A DNA stretch of 64,000 bases, taken from the NCBI GenBank assembly GCA_027604505.1, contig JADIIX010000001.1:124001-188000 (forward strand), read 5' to 3'. Source of the DNA: Gonapodya sp. JEL0774 (Eukaryota). Both the position numbers and the translations under genes were made by a program. The notes under the pieces are model-generated. The model made no database searches and was not told the DNA's origin. It saw only the letters and a list, made by a program, of their open reading frames with translations. Positions 14,001 to 26,300 of the stretch are shown piece after piece (position 1 is the first letter of the stretch; every line of letters starts with the position of its first letter).

Positions 14001-16038
14001 AGCCATGTAGAGTGGGGAGCCACAAAGACTATGATTATGGACATTTTGTGGATAGGAACGGTTAGTGTTAGAGTGCCAGGGGATTGAAAGCATATCCGGA
14101 TACGACAAAGAGAATGCCTCTCTTACAATGACTCACGTGGAAGCCAACGACAAAGGCTGTAACAGCCGTGCGAACCCGAAATCCGCCAACTTCAACACCG
14201 GGAATGCATCCATATCTCCCGGCACTGGAGTTCTTTCACCGTTCTTTGGCATCCCTCCGTTTTCGGGCCATCCAAGCAGTAGGTTCTGGGGTTTGATATC
14301 CCGGTGAATGAGGTTGTGGTCACGTAGAAAGTTAAGCGCGCAGGCTAGTTGGCCCAGCATTCGACGGGTGACGGGTTCGGAGAGGCCACCCCATGGCCCA
14401 GCAAACGGACTTGGGGGGCGGGGCGGACTAGGTTGAGGTGGTTGCGAAGCCCCGGATGATGCGTTAGGAGCAGGTGGTGTGCCGTACATCCTCTCGAGCT
14501 CTTCCGTCACTAGCCCCTTTCTCTTGATGTAGTGGCTCAGGTCACCCATCGCACAGTACTCCATAACCAAGTGGATATGTACATCTGTCTTCTCGACATG
14601 GTACAAGGAGACAACGTTGGGGTGTCGAATGGTTCTCAGAATTCGAATTTCCGAGTCCAAGGAATCAGAAAGGCGACGGTCCAAGCGAGAACGGGATATG
14701 GATTTGATGGCACTGAGGTGAGGTAAGGATGCCGGGGAGTTGGGTCGAGATTGCTGCCGCCAGGACGGGTTGAGATGTCGGGGCTCAGTAGAGAGTTGTG
14801 CGACGGCGGTGGAGGAATTAGATCGCGGTAATGAGGGTAAAGATAGTGTCGGGTGGCCTCCCGCAGCGGGCTGTGATCGGTCAGCTGCTGCGAGATTTCG
14901 GAAGTAGTCAGATTCGGGTTGGTCGGGGCGCTGAGGAGGTGCGTCTACGTTGACACCAAGGTAGACAGTGGCGAATGAGCCGCGGCCTGAATGCGTCAGC
15001 AGGTTTGAGGCAAGGGTGAAGTTAAAGGCGGAATCGATGAGATGGGGGTGAGGGTGGAGAACGGATTCGTGACGAGTGAGCAACGTTTGCATCGACAACA
15101 AGGTTTTTGCCTTCGAAGATATTTTAGTGCTTGTTGCACATGTTTTAAGCCACTTCAGTATCACTCTGAACTCCTTCCGTGCAAGAGTCAAAAACAAGTA
15201 ACCCTGACTCTAGAACCCGTTCCGAAAAAATGAGCACCACCAAGCCAGATGAGAGGTTCTTCGTTTCCACAAGCTTATGTAGAGCGACTGAATGACAAGA
15301 TATGCTGCTCCTGGCCCCCTCCGGTGTGACGGCATGCGGGCATGCGTGAACACATAGCATCTTCTCAAAATTGAACAGGGCGATCGTCTCCACTTTTGCT
15401 CCACTGCACTATCCATTAGCTAGCCCTTCATCCTTTGTGTCTTGGCAGAGTTGGGCAACCAACCCAGTCAGGATCCGATTGGCATCCAATCAGTCGATCT
15501 TCGAGGTCACGCGACTGTCACCACGAAATCGACCTAATGCAGAAATAGTCCGATGCCCGGCATTCCAAGAACCACTCAAAGTACAGATCCAGTTGAATCG
15601 GGCCGAGAACTCTTTGAAGTGAAGCACATCAGAAATATCACGCCACCGACAGTCCCCTTTGGCCCCAGTACGCCGGCCAGAATCTGCACCGGACCAAACT
15701 CTAGCGCTCAAACAGAGACTCCTAGGGATTCCAGCAGCGGCTAACAGCACGGATTTGACAGGGATCACGGAGCTTCAACCGGGGACCATGTTTTAGCTCC
15801 AGCCGAGTTCTCCAATGGCCACATGACCACTCGCCGAACCCGCGTCCCGGTGCAAAACAAGGCGAGAGCGAAAGATGCAGTCAAGAGAGTGATGCGAAAG
15901 CAACTCACCGATCTCCTTTCCGATAAGGAAACAGCTTACAGTGGCTATTCCATTAGGTCCAGTTCTAAGGGGAGGTTGGACTGGAACTGCCGGCGGAGCA
16001 ACCACTGGATTCTGCTGGACGATAGGGGGAGAATCCAT
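11074..16038 (-). CDS. ATG1: Autophagy Ser/Thr kinase Atg1/ULK
   Basis: Exon 1 (16038-15909, ...FLIGKEIG) joins exon 2 (from 14986, RGSFATVY). Contains AIK, HRDIKPQNLLL, LADFGFAR and LCGSPLYMAPEIL..KYDARADLWSVG, a long S/P-rich linker, and a helical MIT-like C-terminus (IYEGVLEM, YARAVSLLEVL). Confidence 0.92.
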
Positions 16039-16859
16039 GTATCCGAGACGATGGACAATGGGGGAAACAGGGCGGGGAGTGGGTGGTATATAAAGGTAAA
16101 AAAGTGAACAGGGAAATGAGTATCGTGTGACTGGCACCACTAGGTCAGCCAGGGCCCTGGACAGACCTCTCCCCCTCCCAATTATCTAAATACCATGGCG
16201 ATCAAAATTTTTTCCAACAATAGATCGTGAAAATTACTCCATACTTCAAAAATTTGCTGTGTTGCTCGTCCCCCAGGGAAACCGGTCTGGCGCGGCTGTG
16301 CCACTCCCAAACTCCTCGGACATCATTTATGGCCAAATATCGCCACATTAGGTGCGCCAATCGCAATCGTCGCTCGATTGTGTTGTGTGATGCTCTATCT
16401 ACTCCTCGATCTCTGAATGCAGCGAAATCGAGAATAGTTGGTGCTCAGTCCTTCACCTTCAGGCTTCTCGCGATTGCCCGGTGATCCATGTGTGTTTTGT
16501 ATTGAAATACCCGAAGACTTCTTCGTAATCATGCTTGTTATGACCCATGAAATAACATTCAAGCTCGATAGAACCACCGATCTCTGCCGAATTCAAAATT
16601 TTGGGCCCAGTACTAATATGTACAGCCGTATTTGGGCCACAATTTCTGGTTCAACCGGACCCCAGCTTTTTGGGGCCATTTGAGGTGTATGTAGATACAT
16701 TGTATCGTCGCTTGCGGGTTACCCGCTCGAAACTTCATATACGGGGTTATCGGTCAGTCAGACTGACCTTCGTCAGCGTTGAATCTGAAAATGGCACCGA
16801 ATGGTGCCCGCCCGTGAATCATACACTCATCTACATACAATACATACTATCGATGGTCG

Positions 16860-18773
16860 ACATGCTCCTTACAGCACTGTTCCTGAACCACCCAGAACGC
16901 GTGAACGCTCAGTCCAGGGTGCCACTGCAAATTTGTGCCGTTATCGTAGACATACATTCATCGCATCGCACGCCAGGAATGGCCCTTTTCGGTCAGATCC
17001 GACGGAAATATGAAGATCTGCCACTCCTTTTGCGTCCCACGCGGCGGCGGGCCAAAGATGTGGAGCCTAACATTCCCGTTCCTGAAGTGAACGCCTGCGA
17101 TTACCCATCGCTGACGCCATCCGTAATTCGGAAAAGGGGATTGGAAGGAGATGTATTCGTTGTGCGAGGAGTGAAAGGAGTATTCTCGCCAGAACTGAGG
17201 ACGGTGAGTTGCCATCTTTTGTGGGGAAGTCGGATATTATTGGCCGCCATTGAGTCACAGTTGTCACCCTCAATCCCACCGTCTTTACTAAAAGCCACTG
17301 GATGTCATTCGAACGTTTCCTTCTAAGCGGTCGTGTACGGTTTTTGACTGTTTGACGTGGAAGCACCGGAGAATGGACTTTCGAGAACTTGAAAAGCACT
17401 TCACACAACCACCCGAGGAGCGTGAAGGACCCCTCACAGTCTTTGACATCGAACTGAAAGGTGGTGCAGCGGAACCACCCCACACTATGCCTCCCTTCCT
17501 CGCTGGTTTGTTCGACAGCCCCGCCTCTGCTGCCCAAAATGCGTGGGGTCGACACAAAATCCCACAACGACAGTTCCTTTCCCACCTTCTCCTTAGCTCT
17601 GACTCTGCGGTAACAGAGTAAGTAGAATTGGGGAATCGAGCTTCCGTCTAGTTCTCTCAACTCGTTGTTACCCACGGACAAACCTTCAACATCATTTTGA
17701 TAGCTTCCATGTCGACTTCGGAGGTGGTCATGGGGCTATCTATTGCCTTGCCGGTGAAAAAACTGTCTTTATGGCACCCCACGACCGAGACACGCGAGCG
17801 CTGTATGAAAAATGGCTTCATGATAGGGACAATGGAACATGGTATTGGTTCCGTGAGTACTTCCGGTCTGACGGTGTCTGTTTAGTGCTGCTTTCCAAAG
17901 ATGAGAACTAAATGAGATTAAAGGAAACGTAAGAAATGCTAGTGGGAAGAAAGTGCTGTTGGTTCGAATGCGGCTATGACACATGTTGGCTATTCGGGAT
18001 CAACCACCGTATGGTCGACATTCACGATCTATTGTTAATGCCCGCAGCCACCATCACCGACCCTCCAATTGCTCTGAAGAAGTGCACTCTCCGTGCTGGG
18101 GACCTCCTCGTAATGCCGGGTGGTACACCTCATGCTGTATTCACCGGCGCAGATAGTGCCATTCTTACCACAAATTGGCTCTCCTATGAGAACGCTCAGA
18201 CTCAAATGGAATGTATAGAACAAGAGGAGGCGACGGGCGTGCCTGAAAAGCTGCGGTGAGTGTCTTTTGGACAAACAGCAGACCAGTTGCAGCAAGCCCC
18301 GTACGTCCACATTTAGATTTCGAGGCGCCGAAAACTTTCACCTGGATCTCGCGCGTCGCATTCTCAATCCCGAACTACCTGCGCCTCCCGTTCCCCTCTC
18401 CGCACTTCCCAGTCTCGTCCGCTTCCTGGTCCGAAGAGGTATGTCCAGTGACGCACATCGTCTCCGTGACACTATGCGCCGCCGGGGCGTGCCGGAGGCC
18501 ACAACAAAACACCCTGTACTGGTTCAAACGCGTGTTGGCCCCAAGACGGCGAGCTTCGTCGTGGGAAGAAAGGAGCGGACGGTTCGCCCACGGGCATCAG
18601 GGAACGGAACGAGCGCAACAGAAAACAACACCGTAGCACCTGGGTGGACCGAAATCACTCGGCTGGTGCTGGATGAGGGGTACAGACATCTCGCTCATGT
18701 GGTGAAAAGCGAAGGCATTGAGGAAGATAACGTAGTGGAAGGCACCTTGGAGAGAAAGTTGGAGGGTTTGTAA
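16860..18773 (+). CDS. JmjC-domain Fe(II)/2-oxoglutarate dioxygenase, KDM2/Jhd1-like (start uncertain)
   Basis: Spliced motif VTD|FHVDFGG (His 17708, Asp 17714), GEKTVF, and LRAGDLLVMPGGTPHAVFT (His 18131). The upstream FTQPPEEREGPL and downstream EKLR|F match the KDM2-family pattern. Confidence 0.8.
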
Positions 18774-19041
18774 ACACGCACTGGAAAGAGTGAGATTATT
18801 TTGCACGATTTCGAATAGGCTTTATCACTTTAGTTGTTCGTGGATGGAGATATATTCTTTCTGAGTACCAACAAGATTCATGTATGCGAGAGACACGGAA
18901 TGCATTTTGATGTGTCACCAACTAATGGTCGCCGCCAGGTTCTCTGCAGAAACATACAGGTGGGTAGTATGACACCTTGTGTTTGCCTAGTCTAACACAA
19001 TCCAGAGGCTCAACTGCTTCGACGAAGTTTTGCTGATACCG

Positions 19042-19941
19042 ATGGCTTTCACGTTCTTGCTCTTCCTTACGGTTATTCTTTCCTTCATTTCTCCCGGCAC
19101 TTCGCAACCGCAACAAACGAGCGCTGTCACCTTATCAGCGAACAGTACCCCCGGAAGCTGCGCATCCACTGTGAGCGTGCCTTCCGATTGAATGGTTGCC
19201 ATGCGTGCGAAATGATGACGCCATTGCACCCACTCTAACCTCCGCCTCCGACAGGTTGTTCTCAACTTCACATGCTCTCCGTACATCTTCACCTCAACCA
19301 CCACATCTTTTGTGACACACTCCACCACACTCACTTCCACTTCTACTCTCAACTTCACCACCACGTCGATTTCCACCTCGCCGTTATTCATTAATGTGAC
19401 GCATTTGACGGTTTCTGTGGTGACCACGACGGAAAAAGTGGTAAGTAAGAACAAGCTTTTGAGGAGAGGAGGAGGTCCGTTGTATTTATGACGGCAAAGA
19501 CCATCCGATGAACCAATATCTTTCCATCGGATCCAAAGAATGTCACCGTACCAACGACCTTGACGCAAAATGTTACAACAACTCAGACACAGGTAAATGA
19601 CTCGTGCAAAATTGCTGCAGACCATACCGATCGCCATCAACAAGCTGTGGGACCCCCTCTTTCCACAGAACGTAACGCTCGCTCCAATAACCACTACAAT
19701 TACCCCCCAAAGCATAACTATCACCACAACCACCACTACTACGGTGACTTCGACTACATTAAGCTGCTCTTCCACCGCTTCCACTCGCACCTCGTCCCCA
19801 ACGAGTTCAATTGCCCCATCTTCTGGCGGTTCAACAGATACAGCAAGTGGCACAGCTCCACCTCAGACTCTGCCGACAATATTGACAGCATCTGGTAGCG
19901 TAGTGACGAGACCCACCTTGAGGAAGAGGTGGGATGAATAG
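19042..19941 (+). CDS. Secreted Thr/Ser-rich mucin/adhesin-like protein
   Basis: Signal peptide MAFTFLLFLTVILSFISPG; four exons joined by phase-0 GT-AG introns; very Thr-rich with several N-x-T sequons. Confidence 0.7.
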
Positions 19942-20084
19942 ATCATTGTACAGGCCTTCAACCATTGTGTGACAATCGAGAAATCAACAACCATTTTCAT
20001 TTCACTACACTGAGAACTACACTTTTCAAGTTATACCCTTCCGACATTGCCTTGCACTTGTTTGTCATCCCATGAACCATCTCC

Positions 20085-21146
20085 TCACTCTTCCGTCTCA
20101 CAAGTCTCGACTAAGAATAAGTTTGAGACCGTAGCTCGTTGGTTCTCCATGTCTTCAACCTGTCGCCTAAGTGACTGGTTGCGGAACCTTTGCGCCGAAA
20201 TGGCAGACTCTAGCTCAGCCGTTCGCCGAGCAATATACGTAGGGATGTCGGCCTAGATAGAGCACAAAAACTGTCCATCAAGATAGACGCATTCCAAATA
20301 TGTCAACCGGTAGTTACACCTTTCGCATCCTTTTTCCGTTTCGTTTAGGAGCATTAAGCCTGCTCCACCTTGAAGAGAACACGTCGTGCTTGGTAGAGTG
20401 CGTTGACAAATCACCATCTATGTGTCGTATGGGATCAATATCAGCCGAGTTCGTGTTACTCGTCCTCGGCCGTCCCATTCCGACGCAGCACGGCGCGCTC
20501 GACGTCCTCGGATTTCCTGGCCTCTTGTTAGTGCGCGTGATCTCATTGAGACCTGTATGGCGTCTGTGCGTGAGTGGACGGCTGGTGGGGAGCACGAAGG
20601 ATGACTCGATCATGGGGATGGGGCAGTGAGATTGTGAGAATAGCACTTTCATAGAGTTCCAATTCCAAAGGATAAGCGACACAGTCGGTGGACTGAAAGA
20701 ATGTTAAGCATGAGCATGTGAGACTCACCATCACAGTCGTCTTTGGACTCAACACCACTACTTCTGTCGGTATCATCATCGTCCCTCTGTTCATGATTAC
20801 CCTCCTCCGTCTCAAGTTGCCCCTCCACATCCATCATGGCCACCAGACAATCTTGATTCCATTCCGCGGGCTTCATAGTGCTCCCTTCTCTCATCTGTAG
20901 ATAGACTAAGTCATTTTCAAGATCATGACCCAAACAAAACGGGTCTATCGTCAAATGCGCCATCAACGGAAAAATTTCTGTTTCAAAGGGTATCGACTCA
21001 TGAAACAAGAGAGAATCGTGATTTTGCCGGGTTTGGAACTTTGGTGACGTAATGAATAGGCCCTTGCACGCAATCCGCAGACAGGAGTGTACCACAAGGA
21101 GTGCATCGAAATGCATTGGGCCACGGTTACAGCTGAGTCTCGCCAT
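20085..21146 (-). CDS. Hypothetical spliced ORF or gene remnant (acidic stretch plus short coiled coil)
   Basis: Splice-like GTGAGT/CTAG signals and a plausible last exon ADIPTYIARRTAELESAISAQRFRNQSLRRQVEDMENQR. No recognisable domain, and the model is not resolved. Confidence 0.3.
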
Positions 21147-21487
21147 GCTGTTGGAGGGCGGGATTCGATGGAGATTTGTATTGTAGACAGAGAGCTTGGA
21201 TGAACAATCACTTTAGGATACATTAAACCTGAGTAACATGAGCATTGACAAAGCGCCGTGCGAAGGATAGAGCATTTTATATTCCGCTTTCTTCTCCGGT
21301 GTCACAGAAACCTATCTGGCGCCAATAAGTGCTCCGACTCCACACGCACAAGGCGCCCCTGAAGGCTGGTACACAGCAAGTTACGACAACACAAAACCAA
21401 AAACAGTACCTTCAGAGCACTCATTCCGCTCTGCCGCACCGGACTAAATTTTGCTGTTTCTCTTTGTCGAACACCTTGCAACTGAGC

Positions 21488-23069
21488 TTAAATATCAATT
21501 TCCATCAACTCCTCGTCCTCGTCTTCCTCCTCCTCTTTTGGCAGCATTGCCAGAGCTGTTTCAGGTGGTTCTCTTCTGGATGGTCCAATCCCTGCAGCAC
21601 CTGCGTCCGCACCGACGGATGACAGCACTGGGGGTACCTCTGTACGGGTGGGCTCTTCAGCGGGGACATCAGCCTGTTGGATGGCATCAGGACGAGCAAG
21701 CAGGTAGCGGGCGGCTGTGAGAGGGTTGGGGAGAGAGTACGAGTGGAATTCAGAAAGAATGGGGAAGGACGCGCCCAAGAGCCTGAAACGCTTCCACATA
21801 AAATGGTGCATGATCCTTACCGTCGGCGTCGGTGTAGTCAGGGGAGGAGTATGCCTCGAGAAGAGAATTCGCTTTCGCCTGTTTCTCATCTGAACAATGG
21901 AGTCGAAGGACAACAAAGAGAAAGAAGATTACGGATTCAATATTCACAAAAAGGAAATTAAATTGAAAGTATCAAGAATTGCAAGCATGAGACCGAATAA
22001 CCCTCGCACAGATGGTTGGTTCTCCACGTACCCACCTGGCCAAGGTCCCCTCGCGTATGGTCGGTCACTACCCCATCGTCTTGTGGAGCCGGAGTAGAGA
22101 GCGACACGGTGAGCGAGAGAGAGAAGGAGGCGGTGGTCGAGCGGCGCTAGCGACAAGGAATGTCGAGTGAAGTGGTGGGTTGTAGTTCGTAGATTATTGA
22201 TTATCGGCAGTGAGCAGGCACATGATGGGGTAACAAGAAAGGAAGATATTATAATTAGGCATTTTTTTTTCGTTAGAGCAATTCTTCTGGGTCTGACAGG
22301 GGGAGCAAATTCTGGAAACCCCTCGATTGGCACCGACTCACCCTCCCTGCCCGCTTTAGCCGCTTTCACACGCTCTCCTTGCTCTCTAACAACCTTGTCA
22401 AGAGATCTTTCTGCATTTTGGAGTGTGCGCAAGAGGCCCACCGACGCGACGTTATGCGCCTCAATCTGACGCTGGAGATGGAGGAGACGGAGTGTTTGGG
22501 GGTGATGAGCGAGAGCTGACAGAAAAACTGTTAAAAGAAACCCAAAACCAAGTGAAGCGTAATATGAAATTGGTGCAATTCTACTTGAGCTCGTTACTGA
22601 GAGTTTGACGTTCGGGGAATGAATGATTCAGAGCGCGTCTCGTCGATCTTCGATCAACTGATTGAATCCAACTTGTCTCCAACAGGTATGCACATTTTCG
22701 ATTACATCTCATTGCATGCCACATTTCCCACCCGTCCAAATGGGTTGGGCCCCCTCCCACATCGCGGCTTGGACTGTTTTGGGATTCATATCAATACCAC
22801 TCACCATCATCCAAGCATTGCCCGACCTCCTTCATCGTACCAGGCACCTTTTCCCATTCTCTCGCCACTAAAGCATGCGACTCTGATACTCCTTGTGGTC
22901 CCGGAGAGCCCGCTAAGGATACACCATCTAGCTCGTCGATCAGAGCGAGCGCGGCATCCAGCGCAGATGTGAGGACATCAATAAGCGCAGAAAGACGTAC
23001 GGGAAGGGACTCTTGTGGTACGAAGGTGGAGGATGAAGATCCGACTGCCGTTGACACTGGGTTTCGCAT
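21488..23069 (-). CDS. Hypothetical multi-exon protein with an acidic C-terminus
   Basis: Exons splice in frame as ...HTRGDLGQV|DEKQAKANSLLEAYSSPDYTDAD|AARYLL...EEEEDEDEELMEIDI*, with helical upstream exons at ~22340-22450 and ~22800-23040. Confidence 0.4.
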
Positions 23070-23381
23070 TGAATGAACAATCGGTGAAGGCCACTGTGCA
23101 ACTCCATTTTGTGAAACAAATCCAATAAATGTGTCTTCCAGTTACTTGGGCCCCCTTCAAAGGGGAGAGCTCTGGGTATGGGCAGCAATGAAACTGCTAT
23201 AAAAGAAACGCGCGAACTTCGACTTGATGCATATTCTCATGGTATTATAAATTATATAAAATATTAAGTATAATAATTAATAGTGACAGTGTTTCTATAG
23301 CGTCGCGTCATTCTGAGAGAGTCCTTGCCGCAACTTGCTAACGTGTAATCGTTCTGCCCGTTCAGAGCAAACCGCGGGAGC

Positions 23382-26300
23382 TCACATCAAGCCCGCTGCC
23401 CCCCGCCCTACTACACCCGGCCCAACTTCAATCCCCGCGACAACCGCCGGCTCACTGACCGCCTTGCGGAACGGCCACAATCCAACCATCCCATCTCGCA
23501 ACTCTGGTTCTCTACGCTCAGGTTGCCCTGCGCGTGCCCGTCGGCGTTTCTTGCGGATAAAGTGGAGGTAGTCCCGCCGAGGCAACAAATTTGCAGTGTA
23601 CTGAGTTGGGTCGCGTGGTTCAACCCCCTTGTTTTCGCTAACGCAAGCATCACCACGTCGACGGGCAGGTGATGTGGGAAACGTATGGCGATGTCGCCGC
23701 AACCAGCCCCACGGACCGCCACCCGTTTCATCGTCCCTTGCAGCTAGGCGAGCCCCCTCTAAAACCGATAACGGCCTGAGTGCGGATTCAAGTACATCCT
23801 TTGCGCGCGGTGAAGGGGTTTGCAAGGAGGCGGTGGCCGGAAAGGTAATGCGTGAGAAACGTTGCGCGGCGGTGGAGGAGGAGGAAGAGGATGAAGGGGA
23901 CTTAGAAGATAGGGAGCGGAGTGCAAAGCTACCGGCTGGTTCGCCGAAGTAAGTTGCCGGGGAGCGGAGTGATGCAGGGGCGTGACTGAAAGAGGAGGCG
24001 CCAGCAGGTGCTGAATACCTTGACGGATGTGACTGTGCATGAGACGGTGGAGGCGGTCCACCAACACGTGTATAGCCATTTTTTTCTGGGCTATCAGACC
24101 ATGGATTATGCGTGAATGTCTGATCCGTTAATGGCGACAGCGATGGCAATACGCTGGGGAGGAGGTCGCGCCAGGAGGGTGAGTACTGTAACACATGGGG
24201 ATTGAGCGCGGCGGGTGCGCCAAGGCTTGGCCTCAAGAATGATGACGCAGCAGAGACAAGGTCTATTCCGTCAGTGTCGCGATCAGAGTCCGTGCGTAGC
24301 CCCTCTAAATGGTCGCCAGCAGCACGCTTGCTTCCTGGTAAGGGCGGCAAGGCTCCGTCGTCCATTCTCCATTTCTCCCGATTTTGAGCTGACTCTGACT
24401 CGTCCTTGCCTTTCCTTTTTGCAGAATCTGCGTATTTTCCCCTTCCGATCATTGTCGCTAGTCCGCGAACCTTGTTGAGGACACCATGGCTGCGCATGTC
24501 AAAAAACGCTTTGGCGTATTCAGCTGGTGTCACGTTGACATCATAATCAAGAGCAGTCAAGTAGAAGCGTTCGAGAGCGTTGCTAAACGAAAGTAGAAAA
24601 GGTTCGGGGAGCGGGGTTTTAATAGTGACCAATATGGAGCGTCAACAAAAACATTTCGAGCGAAGATGTTGACTCACATGTCCTCTACCTCACATTCGAC
24701 GGCACCACCCTGCCCTCCTTCCGCTCCTACAAAGTCAACATTCCACACAGCACAGTCATCCCAAACTTTTGCCGCCACAACCAAACTACCCAGGATAGCC
24801 CGGCGCCACGTGTCGCCACAAAGTAGAACCTCCTTTTCCTGGGAGGGCGAAAGAAGACGAGACAAGTAGATCAGCGATATTGGACAAAGCTCAGGAGGCA
24901 AGTCAGCTGAGTGGAATATGTGTGAGAGGAACGCATGTACTTGTGGGAGCGAGGGTGGAGTGTGAGGGGTTTGGTTGTAGTGTTGGGGACTAGTTGCCTG
25001 TGACAGCGCAGAGTAGAAGGCTATACTTGAGCGCACTAGAAAAACATCTCCCATAGCTATTGATATTCATAAACTCGTGAACGCACCGGGAACATTGGAT
25101 GCTGAGACTCGCTCAACATTGCTTGTGCGCGAGAAAATGCTTGTGAGTACGACGGTAGCGCAGATGCAGACGAGTGCTTTGATCGCGATTTTGCTATCGC
25201 AGCGGCGTGTTGATCAGACCAAATTAGAGGGTGAAGATGAGCGGCGAGACTGTTCGATGTGAAGATGATCCGTGATCGTCAGCACCAGCATCACTCTCCA
25301 ACATCCACAATATGTCAAGTTTTAACGAACCATTCTACCGCCTCACTTCTTCCAATTGTGGCTATGGTCTCCTCCACTAGGAGTGTCCCCGTACTAGAGA
25401 ACTTGCCAACACCATAGGCAAGTGCAAGGTTCGACGAGTTACTCAACGGAGCTTCAGCGCTGGTGTCAGGGACGGTCCCCGCGTACTGTCGAAAAGGTGA
25501 TAATGGTGTCGATGCGGTAGGGTGCCCGCCAACAACTTTACTCCCACTCCTGATGTTATCTCTCACCACTGAGTCGCATCCGACGTTGTGTAACATATCG
25601 TGTCCATCTTTAAGGTCCTGTTGTGCTCTCGGCACCATCACAGCTGCTGGTAATGCCGGAACAGGGGCCGACCATGTTGTCGATCCAGACCCTGATCCGG
25701 TCGGGGACGCAAGCCAGCCTCTCAACAAATCCGGAATGTGAACAAATCCAGCATTCTGAGATGAAAAGTTGCCGAGAGGCCCACCAGGGATAGGTGTCGA
25801 CGTAGATGTGTGAGAGGCAGACGAGGAACGTGATGATCGGGCAGAGCGGTTCGCCCGTAAGAGGTGAGGGGCCATGGTCTTTTGTGCGATGGAACTGGCT
25901 GTGCTGCTAGGTGGTTTCGAAGATATGATCGGAAAGGGGAACTTTTCTGGAAGCGAAGGTCCCGGCGGAATTCCGGCCGCAGTCGTCGAGGAGACTGCTC
26001 GTTTCTCCAGCGGAGACGGGGAAGATAACGAATAGGCGCCGACGAAAGAATCTGTTGATTCTGGCATGAAAAGTTGGTTATGAAGGGAGGAATGTGGGCG
26101 AGATTTGAATATTGTGGTACCTGAAGAGGAGGCAGTCGCGGTGGTGGCGTATGCGGTGGTAAGTGCTGCAAAAGGAGGCACAGGTTTTGCTCGAGTGGAG
26201 GTGGGCGGTGAGAGAGGAATGGGATGAGACGGTAAAACTGGCAGTGGGCGGAAGGAGACAACGGGTGCGGGGGTCGAGTTGAAAGAGTTGGAAGATGACG

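Noticed and set aside
22910..22925. GTATCCTT U12-like donor on the minus strand (similar words at ~5429 and ~55280)
   Set aside because: All lie within apparent coding exons and lack a TCCTTAAC branch site.
23270..23285. 16-mer ATAATAATTAATAGTG is the exact reverse complement of 57733-57748 at the MITE right junction
   Set aside because: It is low-complexity A/T sequence, the match does not extend, and about one such match is expected by chance in 64 kb. It is not good evidence for a 34-kb element.
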